Shown here: positions 49,375 to 52,919 of the stretch, in pieces | Position numbering within the stretch: the stretch's first letter is position 1 | Layout: each line of letters starts with the position of its first letter | From: an uncultured Melioribacter sp. | GTDB taxonomy: Bacteria; Bacteroidota; Ignavibacteria; Ignavibacteriales; Melioribacteraceae | Assembly: GCA_964625385.1 (NCBI GenBank) | Contig: CAZVBT010000007.1 | Span: 1-52,919, forward strand | DNA: 52,919 bases | Reading direction: 5' to 3' | Notes under the pieces: model-generated | The model's database searches: none | What the model was told of the DNA's origin: nothing | Seen by the model: the letters and a program-made list of their open reading frames with translations, nothing else | Program-made: the position numbers and the translations under genes

Positions 49375-50448
49375 TTAATTAATTATCAATAAATTATTTT
49401 TTATATCAGATAGAATTACTTCATCATCATTAAAGAAAATCAAATCTTTAAATGAGAATTCATTTTTAAGTACTTGTCTAATTTTACTTTCAAAAAATTT
49501 GAAAAGTTTATCATCAACAACAAAATGATATTGTCCTTTGTATATAAAAACATAACTCACTTTATTTTTTAACAAATTACTTTTGATTTCTTTTTTAATC
49601 TGTCCATCTGATAAACTTATTTGCACAATATTATTTTTTTCATTCTGTGCATATAAAAATTTTTTGTCATTTGATGTAAATAATAATTTGAAAAATTTTG
49701 CTTTATCTATTTTCCAATTAAGTTTTCCTAAAACTAAATTTACTGAGTAAAGGTTATTTCCATTATTTATCAAATAAACATATTTGTCGTTGATTAAAAG
49801 TGAATTAACATCAAAATTAAAATCTTTAGTCTCTTTCCATTTCCATAATAATAAACCATTAGTTAAGTCAACATAATTTATGAAGCCGCTTTTGGTTGAA
49901 ATCAAAAATTTGTTATCAATAAATTTTGGCTGCGAAATAAAAAACTCATTATAACTTTTTCTCCAATATTCTTGTAAAGTCTCTAAATCCAGAGAAAGAA
50001 TAGTTCCGCTTTCAAAAATTAAAAGAAGAGCTTTCCGAAAATCATAATCATCAGATAATAAAAATTTATCAGGGTCACTGAAATCAAATGAGCTTAGAAA
50101 TACTTTAGAATAAACATCTAAACCTAAACTTTGGATTATTTTTCCATTATCTATATTAATTAAAATAAGTTCATATTTGTCGTTTACTAAGACTAATCTG
50201 TTATCAACATAAATAACATTTGAAATCAAAGTGTCAATTAATTGATTTTTCCAAGAAAGATTATTTTCTCTATCAAAACAAGTTATATAATTTTTAGAAT
50301 AAGCAATAAACTTATCATTAAGAACAATGACATTAGTAATAGTAGAATCAATTTGAAGCATTTTTATTAAATGCAAATCTTTTGATTTATTTTCTTGAGC
50401 AAGTATAATAACAGGAATTATTACTAATGATATAAAAATTTTTTTCAT
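49375..50448 (-). CDS. Exported PQQ-like beta-propeller repeat protein
   Basis: Signal peptide from ATG 50448; repeated (D/N)..(T/L)G...W units. Confidence 0.65.
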   Translation of the reverse strand: MKKIFISLVIIPVIILAQENKSKDLHLIKMLQIDSTITNVIVLNDKFIAYSKNYITCFDRENNLSWKNQLIDTLISNVIYVDNRLVLVNDKYELILINIDNGKIIQSLGLDVYSKVFLSSFDFSDPDKFLLSDDYDFRKALLLIFESGTILSLDLETLQEYWRKSYNEFFISQPKFIDNKFLISTKSGFINYVDLTNGLLLWKWKETKDFNFDVNSLLINDKYVYLINNGNNLYSVNLVLGKLNWKIDKAKFFKLLFTSNDKKFLYAQNEKNNIVQISLSDGQIKKEIKSNLLKNKVSYVFIYKGQYHFVVDDKLFKFFESKIRQVLKNEFSFKDLIFFNDDEVILSDIKNNLLIIN

Positions 50449-50556
50449 AAAATATTTTTGTTTTCTCAAAATTATAAAAAACATTTTATTGTATTAAATT
50501 TTGGCAAAATAAATTATCTTATTCTTATTATTTTTGTATTAAAATTTGAGGTTTAA

Positions 50557-51504
50557 ATGGAAAAAAGAAAACTGGGGAAAAACGGACCCGAACTTACAGT
50601 TATTGGATTTGGTGCCTGGGCTATTGGCGGACCTTGGGAATGGGGCTGGGGAAAAGTTGATGATAATGAATCTGTAAGAGCAATTGAAGCAGCTCTTGAT
50701 AATGGAATTAATTGGATTGATACTGCTGCAGTTTATGGTTTTGGTCATTCAGAAAAAGTTGTTGCAAAAGCCGTCAAAGGTAAACGTGATAAAGTTTTTA
50801 TCGCTACAAAATGCGGTTTAATTAATGATGGAACTGGACATGCAACAAATAATAACAAACCCGAAAGTATTCGTAAAGAAGTAGAAGATAGTTTAAGAAG
50901 GCTTGAAACTGATTACATAGACTTATTCCAAATTCATTGGCCTGATCCTGAAACACCTGTTGAAGATTCATGGCAAGAAATGGTAAAATTAAAGGAAGAA
51001 GGTAAAGTCAAATATATTGGAGTTTCAAACTTTGATATTAATCTTTTAGAAAAATGTATGTTAATTGAACATGTTCAATCACTACAGCCACCATATAGTA
51101 TGATAAGAAGAGAATATGAAAAAGAAGTTTTACCATATTGTTTGAAAAATGAAATTGGTGTTGTTGCTTATAGTCCAATGCAAGCAGGATTATTAACCGG
51201 AAAATTTGATAGAAATAAATTACAACCAGATGATTGGAGATTAAAAGGAAATTATTTTCAGGAACCTTTGTTAAGCAAAGCACTTGCTGTAGTAGAAAAA
51301 TTAAAACCTATTGCTGAACGACAAAATAAAACTGTTGGACAAATGGCAATATCATGGGTTTTAAAAAATCCATCAATTACAAGTGCAATTGTTGGTGCAA
51401 GAAACGAAAAACAAGTAAAAGAGAACATCAAAGCAACAGAATATATTTTGACTGATGAAGAATACAAAGAAATAGAAAACATTTTGATTGAATATGACTT
51501 TTAA
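50557..51504 (+). CDS. Aldo/keto reductase
   Basis: GFGAWAIGG, IDTAAVYG, IATKCG, SLRRLETDYIDL.QIHWP, IGVSNF, YSPMQAG. Confidence 0.95.
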   Translation: MEKRKLGKNGPELTVIGFGAWAIGGPWEWGWGKVDDNESVRAIEAALDNGINWIDTAAVYGFGHSEKVVAKAVKGKRDKVFIATKCGLINDGTGHATNNNKPESIRKEVEDSLRRLETDYIDLFQIHWPDPETPVEDSWQEMVKLKEEGKVKYIGVSNFDINLLEKCMLIEHVQSLQPPYSMIRREYEKEVLPYCLKNEIGVVAYSPMQAGLLTGKFDRNKLQPDDWRLKGNYFQEPLLSKALAVVEKLKPIAERQNKTVGQMAISWVLKNPSITSAIVGARNEKQVKENIKATEYILTDEEYKEIENILIEYDF

Positions 51505-51519
51505 TTTTAAAATATCAAA

Positions 51520-51548
51520 TTGCAATTATTAATTATCAATTATAAATT
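51520..51548 (+). promoter_or_regulatory. Putative promoter of tRNA-Glu and downstream genes
   Basis: TTGCAA, 17-nt spacer, TAAATT, 12 nt before the tRNA. Confidence 0.4.
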
Positions 51549-51560
51549 ATAAATTAAACT

Positions 51561-51634
51561 GGCGCGTTCGTCTAGTGGTCAAGGACGCCGCCCTCTCAAG
51601 GCGGAGATCACGGGTTCGACCCCCGTACGCGCTA
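51561..51634 (+). tRNA. tRNA-Glu (anticodon CTC)
   Basis: Acceptor GGCGCGT/ACGCGCT, D arm GTCTAGTGGTCAAGGAC, anticodon arm CCGCC-CT-CTC-AA-GGCGG, T arm ACGGG-TTCGACC-CCCGT; CCA not encoded (CTA follows). Confidence 0.96.
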
Positions 51635-51653
51635 CTAATTAAAGGGAACATAA

Positions 51654-51980
51654 ATGGCACGTTTTGAAAAACATGTTTTAATTTGTGATAATCATCGCGA
51701 TCCTTCAGACAAAAGAGGTTGCTGTGCAGCTAAAGGTTCTGCACAAGTTTTAGATAAGTTCAAAGAAAGAATGAAAGAACTTGGTTTAACTTATAAAATG
51801 AGAGCTAACAAATCCGGTTGCCTTGATGCTTGTGAACATGGAGCTGTAGTTTTGGTTTATCCTGAACAAGTATGGTACGGTAATGTTAAAGAAGAAGATG
51901 TTGAAGAAATTATTCAAAGTCATTTAATTAATAACAAACCAGTTGAAAGATTAATGATTAAAGAGAAAAAATTTTTATAA
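51654..51980 (+). CDS. Thioredoxin-like [2Fe-2S] ferredoxin
   Basis: HVLIC...RGCC...SGCLDAC..G..V.VYPEQVWY...EII.SHL. Confidence 0.9.
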   Translation: MARFEKHVLICDNHRDPSDKRGCCAAKGSAQVLDKFKERMKELGLTYKMRANKSGCLDACEHGAVVLVYPEQVWYGNVKEEDVEEIIQSHLINNKPVERLMIKEKKFL

Positions 51981-51981
51981 A

Positions 51982-52635
51982 ATGACTTCTTCTTCTGAAA
52001 AATCTTTTGCATTAACAATTTTTAATATACTTTCGAAAGAATACCCTAATGTAAAACCAGCATTAAATTATAATACTCCTTTTGAATTATTAATTGCTAC
52101 AATTCTTTCTGCTCAATGCACAGATGAAAGAGTAAATATTGTTACAGAAAGATTGTTTGAAAAATATATTAAACCTGAAGATTATCTGAGAGTTTCGAAT
52201 ACTGAATTAGAAAAAGATATTTTTTCAACTGGATTTTATAAACAAAAGGCAAAAAGCATTAAGGGGACTTGTAAAATTCTGATTGAAAAGTTTAATGGAT
52301 TAGTGCCAAAGAACTTTGAAGAATTAGTCAAACTTCCTGGTGTAGGTAGAAAAACTGCATCAGTAGTAGTTGGAAATGCTTTTGGAATTCCTGCAATTGC
52401 TGTTGATACTCATGTTAAAAGATTATCAAACTTACTTGGATTTATTAAATCAAATAATGCTTTAAAAATTGAATATAAACTAAAAGAATTATTACCAGAA
52501 AATTATTGGATAAATTCATCACATTGGTTGGCAACACATGGAAGAAAAGTTTGCTTTGCGCGTAATCCGAAATGTGAGTTATGTGTGGTTAGTAAACTTT
52601 GTCCATCAAATAAATTAAAACAGAAAAGAGGATGA
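51982..52635 (+). CDS. nth: Endonuclease III
   Basis: LLIATILSAQCTDERVN, LPGVGRKTA (HhH), VDTHV, C-x6-C-x2-C-x5-C. Confidence 0.96.
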   Translation: MTSSSEKSFALTIFNILSKEYPNVKPALNYNTPFELLIATILSAQCTDERVNIVTERLFEKYIKPEDYLRVSNTELEKDIFSTGFYKQKAKSIKGTCKILIEKFNGLVPKNFEELVKLPGVGRKTASVVVGNAFGIPAIAVDTHVKRLSNLLGFIKSNNALKIEYKLKELLPENYWINSSHWLATHGRKVCFARNPKCELCVVSKLCPSNKLKQKRG

Positions 52636-52636
52636 A

Positions 52637-52919
52637 ATGGAAGATAAAACAAGAAATCGTGAATATTGTTTATCATTACTTAAAGAATACACCAAAAGTG
52701 AAAGTCTTTTGAAACATGCTTTTGCTGTTGAAGCTTGTGTTAAGGCTTACGCAGAAAAATTTAATGAAGATATGAAATATTGGGGCAATGTAGCTTTGCT
52801 TCATGATTTTGATTATGATATGTTTCCTTCAGCTGAAGAACATCCTTTTAAAGGGAATGAAATTCTAAAAGAATTAGGTATTGATGAAGAATTTAGAACT
52901 TCAATTATGTCTCATGCCG
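52637..52919 (+). CDS. HD/HDIG domain protein (5' part; runs off the window end)
   Basis: Not in the ORF track. MEDKTRNREYCLSLLKEYTKSESLLKHAFAVE...ALLHDFDY...EEHP...SH; GAGG SD. Confidence 0.85.
   Translation, partial: MEDKTRNREYCLSLLKEYTKSESLLKHAFAVEACVKAYAEKFNEDMKYWGNVALLHDFDYDMFPSAEEHPFKGNEILKELGIDEEFRTSIMSHA

Noticed and set aside
51525-51558. AATTATA-like short tandem repeats
   Set aside because: Expected by chance at this AT content; overlaps the candidate promoter.
51561-51653. tRNA as integration site of a genomic island
   Set aside because: No integrase or duplicated tRNA 3' end in the window; flanks are housekeeping genes.
1-52919. CRISPR arrays, prophage, IS elements, defence systems; remaining short antisense ORFs
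   Set aside because: No repeat-spacer arrays or integrase/transposase/phage/defence motifs recognised; short ORFs lie within well-supported genes.

Overview
Very AT-rich, gene-dense bacterial chromosomal segment, mostly core genome. Gene style (a T9SS C-terminal sorting domain of the 'QNYPNPFNP' type, TPR-DUF4292-M23 cluster, yggS-divIVA-pnp-ileS-dksA-lspA-rluD operon, hydF) suggests an Ignavibacteriota/Melioribacteraceae-like organism; this is inference. Contents: start of a nuoABCD operon, msrB, two transporters, hpnCDE, eukaryote-type citrate synthase, mdh, pta, malQ, class II ribonucleotide reductase, ileS, cysS, rsgA, nth and tRNA-Glu(CTC). No CRISPR array, prophage or intact transposase was seen. 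The most notable items are: (1) a secreted nine-CXXCH cytochrome c carrying a type IX secretion sorting domain, directly upstream of an aspA-hydF pair; (2) an rsgA gene whose conserved N-terminus can only be made from a non-canonical (most likely ATT) start codon, behind an inverted repeat that covers a candidate promoter; (3) an IleRS2 with a GIHH signature; (4) an atypical DksA/TraR zinc finger; (5) a solitary REP-like palindrome. All product calls come from motif recognition, not database searches.
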